Source: Octopus bimaculoides (Eukaryota). From it: 64,000 nt of DNA. The notes below the pieces were generated by a model. The model worked only from the letters and a program-made list of their open reading frames with translations, had not been told where the DNA came from and did no database searches. Position 1 is the first letter of the stretch. The number at the start of each line of letters is the position of its first letter. The stretch spans positions 12,233,532-12,297,531 of the forward strand of contig NC_068981.1 of assembly GCF_001194135.2 (NCBI RefSeq). Direction: 5' to 3'. Shown here in pieces: positions 61,769 to 64,000 of this stretch. Both the position numbers and the translations under genes were made by a program.

Positions 61769-61896
61769 ACTAAGTAAGGCATGTGTAAAATTTGAATGAA
61801 ATTGGTTGTGTAGTTCTCAGGTTTTAGGGATTCACACAGACAGACAGACATACACACACACACACACACGCACAGAGATTCTCAATACATGTAGGA
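57621..61896 (-). mobile_element. Helitron with near-complete but frameshifted Rep-Helicase and intact 5' terminus
   Basis: Rep motifs PDLFITFT, YTIEWQKMGLPHAH (HUH) and KYVCKY; PIF1-like helicase motifs GTGKAF, IVWDE, GDFRK, FAMSINK and FSHGQLYV. The 5' end A|TC at 61897/61896 is followed by (GT)n/(CTGT)n and CCAATTTCATTCAAATTT. The 3' end runs into a gap. Confidence 0.95.
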
Positions 61897-61964
61897 TTCC
61901 TCACCATACAGGTAACAGGCACGGCTGTAAGATGCATTACGGATCTATAGCAATTGGAAGAGCA

Positions 61965-62775
61965 TGACCCGATTGGGATCTATTCTAAAACCGGGGCGCC
62001 AGTATTTTCGTAACGAAACACTAACGAAACACTTTGAAACTTGGGACACTGGTAGAATGTGTCATATAAAACATCTTTTACACTTAGTCTTCTTAACAAA
62101 AAAAAAAAGGAATTCGCAAGTTATTCCATGTTAAAGTTGTCGTATTTCTGTAATTTCAACCAATCACTGACGTCTATTCAACCCAATAGAGTTGCTGCTG
62201 GGCGGTCATAAAAATGTTATTCCCTGTGACATATTTCATCCGGTTTAATCGCAATTTATACGCATATATTGTTTATATAATAAATTACGCTGTGCGTATC
62301 TATGTGTGTAACAATTTTACAGTTCGGATTCTAGAGTTANNNNNNNNNNNNNNNNNNNNNNNNNNNNNNNNNNNNNNNNNNNNNNNNNNNNNNNNNNNNN
62401 NNNNNNNNNNNNNNNNNNNNNNNNNNNNNNNNNNNNNNNNNNNNNNNNNNNNNNNNNNNNNNNNNNNNNNNNNNNNNNNNNNNNNNNNNNNNNNNNNNNN
62501 NNNNNNNNNNNNNNNNNNNNNNNNNNNNNNNNNNNNNNTATACACCGTTACAGCGCTAACTGTTTTCAACTGAATAGACGTCGGTGATTAGTAGAAATTA
62601 TCGAAATAAGACAATTTTTTACATGAAATAAATTCGAATAGAAAAATATTTTTCTGTTCCATAACACAAAATAGATAAGTATACGAAGTTTGAAAGTCTT
62701 TCGGTACCAAAAACACTACATAAAACATAAATGAAAACTGGCGCCCCCGTTTTAAAATAGATCCCCCGATTGAAA
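61965..62775. mobile_element. Foldback/MITE-like element with long imperfect inverted arms
   Basis: GGGATCTATTCTAAAACCGGGGCGCCAGT (about 61975-62003) is inverted at about 62735-62765; weaker inverted similarity continues inward for about 200 bp. Confidence 0.6.
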
Positions 62776-63289
62776 TAACAACGTGTGACGTTTGGAGTAA
62801 AGGGAAATGAAAGTGTCGCCTCTGGAGTTTGCAAATGACCACAATACCGATAGGTAACTGTGCAGACAAAATTTACAATCGATAAATGTCTTAGAACAAC
62901 CAGTCATTGTGGTTATGTAGTTCTTGAGTTCGGTGGAAAAGAAAGAAAGAAAAGTGTTTGGAGTTGATATGCAGCTGGTTTTGTATACATGAACAGATTT
63001 TGTTTGTATTTGTAAAACATGTTGCTAGCACAGAATAGGTATTTAGAGAAAGCCCTAACGTGTTATCAACGCATGTTAGAAATAGCAGTGAAATGTGAAA
63101 TATGAATGGAATTTTTAAAGGAAAAATGTTACGTACCGAATTCAGCTGAATGAATTAACGTGCTTTAGTTGGTCAGTGTTGCTTTGATATAACAATGTTG
63201 TTAAGAGAAGATGATAGAAATTGTAAGAGGAAAGGGGACAGTGGTTATGAATTGCGTTCCGAATGTTATTGGCCTGGATATGAATTCTG

Positions 63290-63675
63290 TCGTATATATA
63301 AAGAAACAGCCATGTAGAGGGATGAAGATATCAGTGTTGCTATAGTTTTGTGTGGTCGTATTAAGTGTCCGTAGACTATGAAGGTTAGACGTGAAATGGA
63401 TGACAATATATTTCAGTTGATAATTTAGTATCTCATTAATATATGTAAGCATGTTCCATTGTCCCGTATTGAGAAGTAAGTTTTATTTCACTGTGGTAGT
63501 AAAGAAATGAGAATGAGATGTAAGGTGACAAAATTTTTGAGATAGGCGTTAAGTGGTGCCCTCCGTACTCGGGGAAGGTCAAAGGTGAAGTGAATGACAA
63601 TAGATTTCGCTTGAAAATGTTACCTGTGTAATATCTGTTACGTATTGATAAGTAAGTTGTATTTCACTGTGTATG
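63290..63675. repeat. Diverged tandem duplication with a period of about 180-195 bp
   Basis: TTGA.AAGTAAGTT.TATTTCACTGTG near 63470 and 63648; GTGAA.TG.ATGACAATA.ATTTC near 63391 and 63586. Confidence 0.6.
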
Positions 63676-64000
63676 CCAGTTGGGAGGTACTTGTGGTCTT
63701 GTAGCGCAGTACCTGAAATTCTTTTGCATTGAACTGCATATTATTTTGCTCTGCCCACTCATATATTGCATTTAGGTCATTCTGCAGGCTTACAATATCA
63801 TCAGGATTCTTTATTGCCTGAGATATCTTTGTGTCATCAGCATAGCTAGTGACAGTGGCTCTCCGAGTGACCGTGGGCATGTCCAGAAGGGCCACTATGA
63901 ACAGTAGTGGCCCCAGAACAGTTCCCTGTGGAACACCGCTCAATATTTGTGTTTCTCTAGATAGTTCTCCATTGGCTGCAACTGTCTGACTTCTACCATT
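63670..64000 (-). mobile_element. CR1/L2-like LINE reverse transcriptase fragment
   Basis: SGVPQGTVLGPLLF and YADDTK..LQNDL..IYEWA..NNMQFN; runs off the window edge. Confidence 0.9.

Noticed and set aside
2220-62573. Long ORFs in the supplied track made of X, YI/IY or HT/TH runs
   Set aside because: Artefacts of N-gaps and (TA)n/(CA)n microsatellites; not genes.

Overview
AT-rich, microsatellite-dense animal genomic DNA with 13 N-gaps, most flanked by (TA)n runs. The SINE families and repeat style suggest an Octopus short-read assembly (inference). I can support only two intact host coding regions: paralogous single-coding-exon GT31 (Galactosyl_T, beta-1,3-glycosyltransferase) genes on the minus strand, about 37 kb apart (3321-4535 and 40572-41753). 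The rest is mostly decayed mobile DNA: Penelope-like retroelements, R4/Dong, Tx1/L1, RTE and CR1-like LINE fragments, mariner, maT and Chapaev3-like transposons, two Helitrons, tRNA-derived SINEs and foldback elements. Most notable: (1) about eight different hammerhead-ribozyme-like relics in Penelope-type repeats, including a tandem pair and a CUGUUGA core variant, all on the + strand; (2) a 314-bp tract that is 98% identical between the otherwise diverged GT31 paralogues (likely gene conversion), with divergence concentrated in the stem and the probable acceptor-binding segments; (3) an overlapping uORF created by a 5' UTR insertion in one paralogue; (4) Helitron 5' and 3' termini bracketing 13.4 kb; (5) several internal rearrangements of elements. 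All alignments and counts were done by eye, and many element boundaries are approximate.
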